Shown one piece after another: positions 7,747 to 17,436 of a DNA stretch of 42,384 bases; position 1 is the first letter of the stretch, and each line of letters starts with the position of its first letter. The position numbers and the translations under genes are program-made. The notes beneath the pieces were generated by a model. That model had not been told where the DNA came from and searched no databases. It saw only the letters and a program-made list of their open reading frames with translations. The DNA lies in the IMG/VR virus record IMGVR_UViG_3300025018_000041, positions 1 through 42,384 of that record. One strand, given 5' to 3'. This stretch comes from a virus (Duplodnaviria > Caudoviricetes).

Positions 7747-7995
7747 ATGAGCCTAAAAATCCAAATCTTTAACTACCTAAAAGCCCGTGAAGATCAGTGG
7801 ATAAACGGCGGAGAGCTTGAACGCCGAGCTATGGATATAGGCTACAAAGGAAGTACCGCCGCCCGTAGATGTAGAGAATTAGCCGAAACAAGCGGTTATA
7901 TCCAGCGCAGGGAAGGCAAGAGCGTAGAATATCGTTACTTCAACCCGAACACAATCAAGGTCGCAGAAGAAGAATTACAAACATTATTTAATTAG
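7747..7995 (+). CDS. Winged-helix-like DNA-binding protein
   Basis: WINGGELERRAMDIGYKGSTAARRCRELAE...YIQR. Confidence 0.6.
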   Translation: MSLKIQIFNYLKAREDQWINGGELERRAMDIGYKGSTAARRCRELAETSGYIQRREGKSVEYRYFNPNTIKVAEEELQTLFN

Positions 7996-7999
7996 ACAT

Positions 8000-8434
8000 A
8001 TGCAAGAAACAAAAAAAATCGTGGAGAAAATGGGTATTATTCCCCGCCTACAACTGGGAACTAAAATCCCTGGCGGAGGAGTGAAGCCAACCGGCGCACA
8101 TCTAGTGAAGTTTATTGGCGACAAGTTGGTAACTGGCAAAGACCCCATTACCAAAGAACCACGCCAAGAGGTTGAGTATTTAGTAGAGAAAAACGGCACG
8201 CAGTTTCGCTGGAATGTACCCCTTTATGACAAGAAAACCAAACAGCCTCATTACCTTATGGAGCGATTGGTGGGAATTGAGGAGGGGGACGAGGTTGTTT
8301 TAGAAATGAAAAAGTCGGGAATAATCAACTACATTGATGTCCGCAAAGTATCAGACAGCGCAGAGCCGGAAGAAGAAGTCATACAGTATGACGAAATGAG
8401 CGAAGAAGAAGAAGTAAACGAAGCCACAAAATGA
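8000..8434 (+). CDS. Putative ssDNA-binding protein
   Basis: Beta-rich core with strongly acidic C-terminal tail; recombination context. Confidence 0.45.
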   Translation: MQETKKIVEKMGIIPRLQLGTKIPGGGVKPTGAHLVKFIGDKLVTGKDPITKEPRQEVEYLVEKNGTQFRWNVPLYDKKTKQPHYLMERLVGIEEGDEVVLEMKKSGIINYIDVRKVSDSAEPEEEVIQYDEMSEEEEVNEATK

Positions 8435-8838
8435 AACCCACGCCAAGATTTTACGGAATAGTCAAGGACGGAAAGCTAGTGCCAGAGAATAAGGAGCGGA
8501 TGACTAGCTATATTCGCTCCTTAGAGGGCAAAATGGTGTCCATTGAAATAGAGCAAGCCATAGGCAAGCGCACACTTAACCAGAACGCCCTCTATTGGGC
8601 TTACCTACGTATTATTGAAGACGAAACGGGCAATGACTCCAATGATCTGCACGAAGTGTTTAAGGAGGCGTTTTTGGGCGATAAACGGGTGGTTGTAGAG
8701 GCGTTTGGCAAGACGGCCGTACGCCAGCCAAGTACCGCCAGGCAGAATAAGCAGGAGTTCAGCGAGTATATGGCAAAGATTGAGCAGTTAACCGGTGTGC
8801 CAATACCAGACCCGAACGAGATAATGCTCAAGCTTTAA
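8431..8838 (+). CDS. NinB/Orf-like recombination protein
   Basis: KRTLNQNALYWA...LHEVFK...STARQNKQEFSEYMAKIE. Confidence 0.7.
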   Translation: MKPTPRFYGIVKDGKLVPENKERMTSYIRSLEGKMVSIEIEQAIGKRTLNQNALYWAYLRIIEDETGNDSNDLHEVFKEAFLGDKRVVVEAFGKTAVRQPSTARQNKQEFSEYMAKIEQLTGVPIPDPNEIMLKL

Positions 8839-8863
8839 ACTTATCCACTTTTGGAGAAGAAAA

Positions 8864-8881
8864 TTAACCCAAGGAGGAAAT
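8864..8881 (+). repeat. 18-bp direct repeat TTAACCCAAGGAGGAAAT, copy 1 (copy 2 at 9387-9404)
   Basis: Exact match on both sides of the methyltransferase gene; contains SD AAGGAGG. Confidence 0.9.
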
Positions 8882-8886
8882 GAAAT

Positions 8887-9390
8887 ATGAGAATTGAACG
8901 AAAATGGGCAATGCCGAACGCTTGGACGTTCACTATCAAACCGATAGCGGAACTTTTGAAAGAGGAAGTGAATACAAATGCGGAGATTTGGCTTGACCCG
9001 TTTGCAGGCAATAACTCGCCAGCACAGTATCGGAACGACCTGAATGAAAACGCTAACGCCCAAGACCACGAGGACGCTATAGAATGGCTGAAGAAGCGAA
9101 CTAACGCAGATGGGATACTTCTTGACCCACCTTATTCTCTACGGCAAATCTCCGAGCATTACAAAGAGGCAGGGATTAAAGTAACGGGCTGGCATACTTC
9201 GGCAGGATGGGCTTCGGCAATCAAAAACGAAGCGGCCCGGGCATTAAAAAAAGGGGGCAAGGTAATCTGCTTCGGCTGGAACTCTATGGGCTTAGGGAAA
9301 AACAGAGGATTTAGAATGGATAGGATTTTGCTTGTACCCCACGGCGGAAGCAAAAACGATACAATAGTAACAGTAGAAACTAAACTTTAA
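8887..9390 (+). CDS. Small N6-adenine DNA methyltransferase
   Basis: Motif I LDPFAG and motif IV LDPPYS. Confidence 0.8.
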   Translation: MRIERKWAMPNAWTFTIKPIAELLKEEVNTNAEIWLDPFAGNNSPAQYRNDLNENANAQDHEDAIEWLKKRTNADGILLDPPYSLRQISEHYKEAGIKVTGWHTSAGWASAIKNEAARALKKGGKVICFGWNSMGLGKNRGFRMDRILLVPHGGSKNDTIVTVETKL

Positions 9391-9409
9391 CCCAAGGAGG
9401 AAATAACCT

Positions 9410-9487
9410 ATGACCTTCCATCAAAAACGGAGAATAGTCTTATACATTATCGCAGGGATTTTGATTATTCTTTATTTTTTAGTATGA
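9410..9487 (+). CDS. 25-aa single-TM peptide (not in ORF track)
   Basis: MTFHQKRRIVLYIIAGILIILYFLV, preceded by AAGGAGG. Confidence 0.5.
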   Translation: MTFHQKRRIVLYIIAGILIILYFLV

Positions 9488-9564
9488 GTAACCTAGCAAC
9501 ATTCTTAATCGGTGCATATCTGGGCTTTATTTTAGCGGCGATTTTAGGTAAAATTAAGAGATAA
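9484..9564 (+). CDS. 26-aa single-TM peptide (not in ORF track)
   Basis: MSNLATFLIGAYLGFILAAILGKIKR; ATGA overlap; ends 3 nt before groEL. Confidence 0.5.
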   Translation: MSNLATFLIGAYLGFILAAILGKIKR

Positions 9565-9567
9565 ACT

Positions 9568-11166
9568 ATGATTACATACACATCAGAGAAACCCAAGGAC
9601 ATTAAAACAGGCAAAGAAGCTCGGGCTAAGTTACGGGCTGGGGTCAATAAGGCGGCCGATTGCGTAAAAGCTACGCTGGGGCCGTGGGGAAGAAATGTAA
9701 TTTACGAACGCCAGCACAAACCACCGAGAATAACCAATGACGGGGTAAGAATTATCGCTAGTATCATTTTAGACGATCCGCACGAAGACTTAGGCGTGCA
9801 GGTACTTAGGCAGGCGGCTATTGATACCAATGAGGAGGTCGGAGACGGTACTTCAACCTCCGTAGTGTTAGCTCAAGCCATTATCAACGCCGGGTACGAC
9901 AGACTGGGAGGCGAGAAGATGCTTGGATCTTCAGCCGAGAACCCCGTGGCTATTTTCAAGGAAATCCACGCCACTAAGGATAAGGTTATCAAAGAACTTA
10001 AGAAAAAAGCCCGTGTTATTAAAGACCAAAAGGAACTGGAGAGCGTAGCCACTATGAGTGCGGAAGACCCTGATTTGGGTAAGATAATCGCCGAGATGGT
10101 GTTTAAGCTAGGTGTAGACGGCTTTATCTCGGTAGATGAAGGTATCACCAAAGAAATTGAAACCGAAGTCTTAGAGGGAATGAAGATCCCCGGGCACTAT
10201 CTCTCCCCAGAACAGTGTACGGACGAAGGAGCCAAGCAAGGTGTATACGAGGACTACGATATTTTAGTAACCAACCACAACATCACTGAAACAGGACAGA
10301 TTGATAACATTGTCGCCGAGGGAATGAAATCCGGTCGCAAAGGGTTACTAATCTGCGCTCCAAAGTTCAATATGACTGTAATCCAGTCCATTCTGAACAC
10401 CTCTGCGCTTTTGGCTAAGAGCAAATCAGAGTACCGAGTACACGGGATTAAAATAATTTCTTTAACCGACGAGCAGAAAAAAGACCTAGCGTTATACACT
10501 GGCGCGAACTTTATCAACCAAGACGAAGGAACTTTACTCCAAGACACTAAGCTAGAGGACTTGGGTCAAGCCAAAAAGGTTATTGTAACCGAGAATGATA
10601 CTGTTTTACTTGGCGGTAAGGGTAGCAAGGAAGACATCAAAGCCCGTGTTTCCGCCCTTAGACAGCAGATAAAGCTGGAAAAGCAGGATATGTTCAAGAA
10701 GAAGATTGAGCGCCGCATCGCCGCTCTAACTTCAGGTGTAGGATTTATTAAAGTCGGTGCGCATACTAATTCGGAGATGGGCTATCGCAAGGACAAGATT
10801 GAAGACGCTGTATCAGCCACTAAAGCCGCCCTAGCTGAAGGAGTAGTCCCAGGCGGAGGACAAGCTCTTTACGAGATCGCCCAAACCTTACCAGACGAGG
10901 ACATTCTAAAAGTTCCTTTAACCCGACCGTACCTACAAATCCAAGAAAACGCTGGCGGTAAATTAGCTATCGGTAAAGATGTACTAGACCCCGTGAAGGT
11001 AACCCGTATAGCTTTAGAAAGCGCTTGTTCGTTAGCCGCCACACTGATAACTACCGAGGTGGCAATCGCCGACATCATTAAAGAGCCGTTAAATGATATA
11101 AAAAGGGTTTTAGAGCGAGCCATTCCTAGTGAAACAGGACGAGGTAAACGAGAGGGACAAGAATAA
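9568..11166 (+). CDS. groEL: Group I chaperonin GroEL-like protein
   Basis: VKATLGPWGRNV, ITNDGV, VGDGTST, IEDAVSATKAALAEGVVPGGG, VLDPVKVTRIALE. Confidence 0.95.
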   Translation: MITYTSEKPKDIKTGKEARAKLRAGVNKAADCVKATLGPWGRNVIYERQHKPPRITNDGVRIIASIILDDPHEDLGVQVLRQAAIDTNEEVGDGTSTSVVLAQAIINAGYDRLGGEKMLGSSAENPVAIFKEIHATKDKVIKELKKKARVIKDQKELESVATMSAEDPDLGKIIAEMVFKLGVDGFISVDEGITKEIETEVLEGMKIPGHYLSPEQCTDEGAKQGVYEDYDILVTNHNITETGQIDNIVAEGMKSGRKGLLICAPKFNMTVIQSILNTSALLAKSKSEYRVHGIKIISLTDEQKKDLALYTGANFINQDEGTLLQDTKLEDLGQAKKVIVTENDTVLLGGKGSKEDIKARVSALRQQIKLEKQDMFKKKIERRIAALTSGVGFIKVGAHTNSEMGYRKDKIEDAVSATKAALAEGVVPGGGQALYEIAQTLPDEDILKVPLTRPYLQIQENAGGKLAIGKDVLDPVKVTRIALESACSLAATLITTEVAIADIIKEPLNDIKRVLERAIPSETGRGKREGQE

Positions 11167-11855
11167 TGCAAGAAGCCGTTAGAGTTAAGAACATAGATAT
11201 TTCCGGCCCAGGGATATTTACTGAGTTCCACGACGTGAAACATAAGTACCCAGGATATCCAGACCCGGATATATTTCCAAGACTAGACGTAGTGAAGCGA
11301 TCCTTGATGATGGTGCTAAGAAATTCCTGGTTATTACTGATATTTAAGAAACACCGTCAACAATTTCTTTATGACTTTAGGATTTTGGTAGAAAGAGCTT
11401 TTAACGCCCCGCTAAAGAAATACTGGCTAGACCCTAGAATGTATTGTAAAAGCGGTAGAGAGATATACCGAGTATCATCTCAGTACCACGACGATACGTT
11501 AAGCAAAGCAGTATGTATTCTATGGGAGTACGACAACGCTTACAGGTTTAGAGGCCAAGACTTCCTGACTATGTACCAAACCAGAGGATTATTCGGAGCG
11601 ATTGATGGGCTGATAGAACGAAGCACTGACCAAGATGGGATGATAAGAAAGTTCAAGCAGATAAGAATTCTACTTAAGACTATAAGGTTCTTGAAACCTA
11701 GCTTATTTCGTGCTATAATCAAGATACTAAACGAGCTAGACATCAAGGAGATTGAGTTCACCCCGGCCGATAAGTACTTTTGCTACTTCAAGAAAGGGTA
11801 TGACTATTGCGGATTAACTTACGAGGAAAGATTGTCTTTGCGCCCAAGTCTCTAA
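11166..11855 (+). CDS. Hypothetical protein translationally coupled to groEL
   Basis: TAATG overlap; WEYDNAYRFRGQD motif. Confidence 0.75.
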   Translation: MQEAVRVKNIDISGPGIFTEFHDVKHKYPGYPDPDIFPRLDVVKRSLMMVLRNSWLLLIFKKHRQQFLYDFRILVERAFNAPLKKYWLDPRMYCKSGREIYRVSSQYHDDTLSKAVCILWEYDNAYRFRGQDFLTMYQTRGLFGAIDGLIERSTDQDGMIRKFKQIRILLKTIRFLKPSLFRAIIKILNELDIKEIEFTPADKYFCYFKKGYDYCGLTYEERLSLRPSL

Positions 11856-11872
11856 ACTGAAGGACAGAAAAG

Positions 11873-12199
11873 ATGCTTAAATACGAATTATCCAAAAAAC
11901 TGAAGGAGGCAGGGTTTCCATTCAAAAACGACTGGGAATCTTATAATTATATAGAGTGTGGTGAATGTGGCGATGGCGGGCAGATAGGCGATGATTTGCC
12001 AGTAACTCTATCCGAACTTATTGAGGCGTGTGGGGATGAATTTAAGAGATTAGACAATCTCCACGATATGAATCTTTTCATTGCCTATAGTGTTGATTCT
12101 ATCGGGAAGCGCGGTGAAGGGATAACCCCAGAAGAAGCCGTAGCCAACCTATGGTTAGAGCTGATTAAAGGTACAAACACCAGCCAAGACATTTTATAA
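11873..12199 (+). CDS. Hypothetical phage protein
   Basis: YELSKKLKEAGFP...PVTLSELIEACG...TPEEAVANLWL. Confidence 0.7.
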   Translation: MLKYELSKKLKEAGFPFKNDWESYNYIECGECGDGGQIGDDLPVTLSELIEACGDEFKRLDNLHDMNLFIAYSVDSIGKRGEGITPEEAVANLWLELIKGTNTSQDIL

Positions 12200-12239
12200 G
12201 GGCTTAAAAACGAACGTAGAGGCGTAAAATATAGGAAAT

Positions 12240-12662
12240 ATGGCCACAGAGCTACAAAAACTCGCTATGGCTAAAATGGCGGAAAAAGTCGGAAGGGGCG
12301 AAAAGCCTTCAGTAAGTGCTGTAATGCGAGAAGTTGGGTATGCAAATGTTACCGCAGCTACTCCAAAGAAACTAACCGAAAGTAACGCCTGGAAGGAATT
12401 ATATGAAAAAGAATTGCCAGATAATCTTTTAGCAAGGGTACATAAAGAAGGATTGAAAGCGACTAAGAAGCAATTTAAGAATAACAACCAAACAGGAGAG
12501 ATTGAAGAAGTTGCAGTTGAGGCTGATTACAGCGTGAGGCATAAGTATTTAGACTCGGCATACAAGCTCAAAAACCGCTTTCCTAAAGAAAAAGACACCA
12601 ACATAAACGTAGGCATATTCTCTATTACTCAGATATTAAACAAAGCGAAAGAAGATGATTGA
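12240..12662 (+). CDS. terS: Probable terminase small subunit
   Basis: AVMREVGY HTH-like start, DYSVRHKYLDSAYKLK; position upstream of terL. Confidence 0.65.
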   Translation: MATELQKLAMAKMAEKVGRGEKPSVSAVMREVGYANVTAATPKKLTESNAWKELYEKELPDNLLARVHKEGLKATKKQFKNNNQTGEIEEVAVEADYSVRHKYLDSAYKLKNRFPKEKDTNINVGIFSITQILNKAKEDD

Positions 12663-13350
12663 GAAAGTTTGTGAAAATTGTTCGGTAGCCTTATTAAAGC
12701 GCGCTAAGGATTCTAAGACACAGTGGGCTAAAAGACGGTTCTGTAGTTTAAGATGTGCTGGAAAGTTTATAGAAATCAAGCATAGGACACACAAGGTTTG
12801 TTCTAAATGTAAAAAAAGTAAAGAGTTGGTGTTCTTTGGGGAAATTCGAAGTATCGTAAATGGGAAAAAATATCCTACTTCCAGATGTACTGTGTGTGCG
12901 AGTGAAGACGGAAGGATAAGATACTGGATAAATCCAGAGAAGTATAAACTGGCTAGAAAAAAATCTAACGCGGTGAATCGTAAGAGTATTTTAATTAAAC
13001 TCAAAGAATATAGAATTAAAAATAAAAAGGATTTATATAAAAAACAAGCTGATTGGCGTAAAACTCCACGAGGAAGATTTTTAAGTAGACAGAAAGCACA
13101 CAGGAAAAGACTAAGAAGGAAAAACGCGGTTTTATTAGGGACTCATTCTTTAAGTGAATGGAGCGAGTTAATCAAAAGAACGGGAAACTTATGCTTAATG
13201 TGTGGAGTTTCAGGTGAAGCTGTGATGCTAACGCAAGATCATATCGTACCTATTTCTAAAGGAGGGGATAATACTATAAAAAACATTCAACCTCTTTGTA
13301 GGGGTTGTAATTCAATTAAGGGTATTAAAACATTATGCCTAATCAAATAA
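12655..13350 (+). CDS. HNH endonuclease with N-terminal Zn fingers (free-standing homing type)
   Basis: CENC...FCSLRC, CSKC...CTVC, CLMCG...DHIVPISKGGDNTIKNIQPLCRGCN; AT-rich; overlaps both neighbours. Confidence 0.88.
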   Translation: MIEKVCENCSVALLKRAKDSKTQWAKRRFCSLRCAGKFIEIKHRTHKVCSKCKKSKELVFFGEIRSIVNGKKYPTSRCTVCASEDGRIRYWINPEKYKLARKKSNAVNRKSILIKLKEYRIKNKKDLYKKQADWRKTPRGRFLSRQKAHRKRLRRKNAVLLGTHSLSEWSELIKRTGNLCLMCGVSGEAVMLTQDHIVPISKGGDNTIKNIQPLCRGCNSIKGIKTLCLIK

Positions 13351-14786
13351 GCAACGAAGATATTGCTTTAGTAAGAGAGTGGGTTAAGAGCCCTATAAAA
13401 TTCATAGAATCAATCTGGGGGATAGTTCCCGAACGAGATAACGCCAAGTTTATCAAAGGCAAGCATTTAACTTGGCAACAGCACGATATTCTCTTAGCGG
13501 TAGAAAACGCCTTGAAAGACGAAGGAAAGAGAAAGATAAGCGTTGCAAGCGGACACGGAATAGGAAAGAGCGCCACGATTAGCTGGTTGTTATTGTGGTT
13601 TTTATTTGTAAACGAAGACGCTCAGATAGCTTGCACAGCTCCGACTAGCCAGCAGATGTATGACGTTCTTTGGAAAGAAGTAAATAAGTGGATTAGGAAA
13701 ATGCCGAAAGAAATAGGAAATCTCTACGACTGGACAACCAGTTATGTACGTATAAAGGAAAAGCCTGAGATATGGTTTGCTAGAGCGGCAACAGCTAGAA
13801 AAGAAGCCCCAGAAGCCTTAGCAGGTATTCACGGCGATGCGGTTATGATCTTAGCTGACGAGGCTAGTGGTATTGATGATGTTATCTTTGACTCCGCCCG
13901 TGGTGCATTAACTGAGCAGAATATCTTTGTTATCCTTATCTCTAACCCAACTAGACTCTTAGGGTACTTCTACGACACTCATAATCGGCTCAAAACTGAC
14001 TGGCAGACGATGCAATTTAGTTCTTTGGACTCACCCCTAGTTGCCGAGGCAAGTGAGCTTATAAACGAAATTACGGGCAAATACGGCGAAGATAGCGATG
14101 AGTATAGGATTAGGGTCTTAGGGAAGTTCCCTAGGGCAGACTCGGTAGACGATAAAGGCTATGTACCTCTTTTAGAGGAGAGTGATTTACATTTCGTAGA
14201 GGATAGTAATTTTACTGGTACAACCCAGCTAGGCGTAGACCCAGCTGGAGAAGGCTCAAACAAGACTGCTTATGTTGTTAGAGATAGGTTCAAGGCTAAG
14301 ATAGCCGGTTCAGAGCTAAAGTCTACGGATATCAGCGTGGCTCAAACTACTCTAACCTTAATGCACAAACACCAAGTAAAGCCCGATAACACCACGATAG
14401 ATAACTTCGGCGCTGGAGCTAATATCGCTAGAGAGATAGCCATAGCTGACGAGGGTAGACCACGAGTCAACGCAATAAACGTGGGTTATCACGCCTTAGA
14501 CCAGAAAAGATATATCAACAAACGAGCGGAAAACTACTTTAGACTTAAAGAATGGCTAAGGAATGGAGGGGAGCTGGTGCGAGATGAGCGGTGGAGAGAG
14601 TTGTTATCCATAAGGTATCGCCGTAACTTACAGGGTAAAATACAGATAATGAGCAAGGAGGATATGCGTAAAGCAGGGTTTGATAGCCCTGACTTCGCCG
14701 ATGCGTTAATGATGACCTTTGATAAGCGTGAGATTCAACCTGGAGCTATGAAATCATACCGCCCCAAGCTTAGAGAGTTCGCTTAG
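13335..14786 (+). CDS. terL: Terminase large subunit
   Basis: Walker A SGHGIGKS, Walker B ILADEASG, ISNP, nuclease LGVDPAG and SPDFADALM. Confidence 0.95.
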   Translation: MPNQISNEDIALVREWVKSPIKFIESIWGIVPERDNAKFIKGKHLTWQQHDILLAVENALKDEGKRKISVASGHGIGKSATISWLLLWFLFVNEDAQIACTAPTSQQMYDVLWKEVNKWIRKMPKEIGNLYDWTTSYVRIKEKPEIWFARAATARKEAPEALAGIHGDAVMILADEASGIDDVIFDSARGALTEQNIFVILISNPTRLLGYFYDTHNRLKTDWQTMQFSSLDSPLVAEASELINEITGKYGEDSDEYRIRVLGKFPRADSVDDKGYVPLLEESDLHFVEDSNFTGTTQLGVDPAGEGSNKTAYVVRDRFKAKIAGSELKSTDISVAQTTLTLMHKHQVKPDNTTIDNFGAGANIAREIAIADEGRPRVNAINVGYHALDQKRYINKRAENYFRLKEWLRNGGELVRDERWRELLSIRYRRNLQGKIQIMSKEDMRKAGFDSPDFADALMMTFDKREIQPGAMKSYRPKLREFA

Positions 14787-14790
14787 ACTA

Positions 14791-14817
14791 TTGCAAGTAA
14801 AATAAATGTGGTATAAT
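14791..14817 (+). promoter_or_regulatory. Late promoter candidate
   Basis: TTGCAA-15 nt-TATAAT with TG extension; followed by a hairpin containing TGGACTGC. Confidence 0.55.
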
Positions 14818-14861
14818 TAGGTAACACTAATTCGTGTTGGACTGCCACGCTAATACGAATT

Positions 14862-16865
14862 GTGATAGGAACAATCCCATATAAAAACGGAAAGCCGCAA
14901 TTAAGTCCTTCTAGTTACTCGCCCACTACTGAAGTGCGGGAGTTTACCGCTCGTATTAAAGACGACTACAAGATTGGTGACGAGATAATGCACAAGTCTT
15001 TTGCAGAGTTTGATGATAACTCTCCTTTGACTATCGCCGAACGTGACCAAAAGAGGTTCAACATCTACGTTGGCCCGCAATCCCAAGACCCTGATGAGAA
15101 GTGGCGCTTTCACGGTATGCGCCCCACTACCAGGAATAAAGTTATCCAGATGGCCGCTAGAGTGGTAAGTTCTATGCTTTACCCTGAAGTGTTCGCCCAG
15201 AATGACGCTTCCAAAGAGGACAAAGACGCAGCTATGGTAATGCGTGACTTGATAGAGTGGAATATCCGCAACTCCGACTACGAGATGACTTGGGTGTATA
15301 ACATCATAGCGATGATGGTTAACCCCGTAGCGTATATCAGCGTGGACTTTGTTGAGTCTATGCAGAAGGTCAAGGAACGCCTAGAAAACGGCAAGATAAA
15401 GACCCGCGAGGTTATAGACGAGCTAGTAAGCGGTTTGCAGTGCAACAATACCCCAATGGACGAGATATTGATTGCTAACGCCTACGAACACGACCTACAG
15501 AAGCAAAGATTCATCATCCGCAAACGGTTTATAGAGTTTGAGGAGGCTAAGGCTAGATACGGCGAACACGAGAACTGGCACGCCATCAAGCCTGGTGTAA
15601 GGGTGTTATTCTCTGAAACTGACGGTCTATTCTACGAACAGTATGACGATGAGCTTCAGACATTGGTGGAGGAGGTTATCTACTACAACCGCCTAGAAGA
15701 CCTAGAAGTGCCGTTTGTAAACGGAGTCTATCTAGGCGACACAGAGGTAAACGCTAATCCAATGAAGCACCGCCGAAGTGTACTAACCAAGAAAGGCGAG
15801 GTAGTTGAAGTACCCGTTTATCCCTATGCCAAGGGAGGGTTTGAGCCGATTGACGAGAAACGGTTTTACTTCTACAAGTCTTTAGTTTCCAAGATGTGGT
15901 GGGACGATCAGCTTCTTAACCGAATGTGGCAACTCACGATGGACGGCACATTCCTATCCGTTATCCCGCCTATTGGTATAACTGGTGAAGAAGCTATTGG
16001 CTCAAGCGTGATGATTCCAGGCTCACAGAACGTCTTTGAGAACGAAAACACCAAGATATTCCCGATTACAGCTGGTATAAACCCAGGCGCAGGCTACGCC
16101 GCTATGCAAAAGGCTGAACAGGCTCTAGCCGAAGATTCTCAAGACAACATCTTAGGCGGACAGCTCCCAGGAACCAAGCAAACAGCTACTGCAACTCGTC
16201 TAGCGCAACAGAACGCTATGGTGCAAATGGGCTTATTCGGCCGAATGTACGGCAGTATGGTTAAGCAAGTGGGGTACTTGATGGTAGACGTGATAATTCA
16301 CCACCAGACTATCGCTTCCGTAGACGAGTTGAGTAGCAAAATGAAGTACAACACCTTCATAATGCCGAACACCAACCAGAACGGTAAGCGAGTAACCAAG
16401 CGCATAGAGTTCACTGACGAGATGTTTGGCGAGGAGGAGGTCTCCCCAGAGAAGAAACTAGCTATGGAAAGCAAAGTTTTACAGGAAGAAGGAGGTATAA
16501 AAGGCGAAACTAGGATTTACAAGGTCAACCCAGAGAAGTTTGCCCGCCTACGATTCCAAATCTACATTGAGCCTGACCAGATGGAGATTAAGTCTAAGGA
16601 GCTAGAGAAGGCCATGAAGCTGGAAGCCTACACGCTCTTAGTACAGAACCCGCTGATTATGGCTAACCCCGATAACTTAGAGGCGGTAACCAGAGATTTC
16701 CTTGTAGAACCGTTAACCAAAGAAAGCGAGAAGTATCTTCAGAAGCCCAAGCCAATGCAGGAACAGCTTCCGCCAGCCGGAAACACCCAGCGATCTAACC
16801 TACCGCAACAAATCCAAGGCAATAATTCGCTCTCTCGTCTGGTCAACGCAGAGACACCAAGATAA
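14862..16865 (+). CDS. Portal protein (P22-like)
   Basis: 667 aa after terL; QTATATRLAQQNA motif; Q/P-rich C-terminus. Confidence 0.85.
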   Translation: MIGTIPYKNGKPQLSPSSYSPTTEVREFTARIKDDYKIGDEIMHKSFAEFDDNSPLTIAERDQKRFNIYVGPQSQDPDEKWRFHGMRPTTRNKVIQMAARVVSSMLYPEVFAQNDASKEDKDAAMVMRDLIEWNIRNSDYEMTWVYNIIAMMVNPVAYISVDFVESMQKVKERLENGKIKTREVIDELVSGLQCNNTPMDEILIANAYEHDLQKQRFIIRKRFIEFEEAKARYGEHENWHAIKPGVRVLFSETDGLFYEQYDDELQTLVEEVIYYNRLEDLEVPFVNGVYLGDTEVNANPMKHRRSVLTKKGEVVEVPVYPYAKGGFEPIDEKRFYFYKSLVSKMWWDDQLLNRMWQLTMDGTFLSVIPPIGITGEEAIGSSVMIPGSQNVFENENTKIFPITAGINPGAGYAAMQKAEQALAEDSQDNILGGQLPGTKQTATATRLAQQNAMVQMGLFGRMYGSMVKQVGYLMVDVIIHHQTIASVDELSSKMKYNTFIMPNTNQNGKRVTKRIEFTDEMFGEEEVSPEKKLAMESKVLQEEGGIKGETRIYKVNPEKFARLRFQIYIEPDQMEIKSKELEKAMKLEAYTLLVQNPLIMANPDNLEAVTRDFLVEPLTKESEKYLQKPKPMQEQLPPAGNTQRSNLPQQIQGNNSLSRLVNAETPR

Positions 16866-16882
16866 TTAACTAATCTAAACTT

Positions 16883-17104
16883 ATGATAATGATAAATGCT
16901 CAGAAGTTGCAACGAGCCAAGGCTGTTCTTGCTAAACCAGATGGTTTTACGGCAGAAAGCGTAGAGGCCGTGTTGCTCGCTAAGGCCAAAGGCACGGAGG
17001 CTGAGAAGCTAGAGTTCATTTACAAAGGTCTAGGCGGTGCGTTCGTAACCAAAGAGGTAGCCGAACGTGTAGTAGCCGCTCGCAAACGCAAGAAAACAGC
17101 TTAA
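16883..17104 (+). CDS. Hypothetical protein
   Basis: ORF in head module. Confidence 0.65.
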   Translation: MIMINAQKLQRAKAVLAKPDGFTAESVEAVLLAKAKGTEAEKLEFIYKGLGGAFVTKEVAERVVAARKRKKTA

Positions 17105-17436
17105 TGTACTGGTTAAAGGTTAAAGTAATGCTTTGGCTGACCAAACACTTGTTTAACGGGGTTTGGAAGGACGATATCTTCAGGTCTGATGGCCGAAAGG
17201 TATGGTATAAAAACAAAGCATTAGACTCCGAGCAACGAGCCGCCTTGCGAGAAGATGCTGAAAGGTTCTATAACTCCGTTATTTGGAAAATCCTTAAAGA
17301 CGAGTGCACTTACCAAGCCAATCTGAAACAGTTTAAGGCTGGAGTGAGCGAGATAGACCTTTTAGCCGGACGGATGATGCTCTATAATTTAGAGATAATA
17401 GATACGATATTAAAAGATAAGTTAACTAAAATGTAG
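17104..17436 (+). CDS. Hypothetical protein
   Basis: TAATG-coupled ORF in head module. Confidence 0.7.
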   Translation: MYWLKVKVMLWLTKHLFNGVWKDDIFRSDGRKVWYKNKALDSEQRAALREDAERFYNSVIWKILKDECTYQANLKQFKAGVSEIDLLAGRMMLYNLEIIDTILKDKLTKM

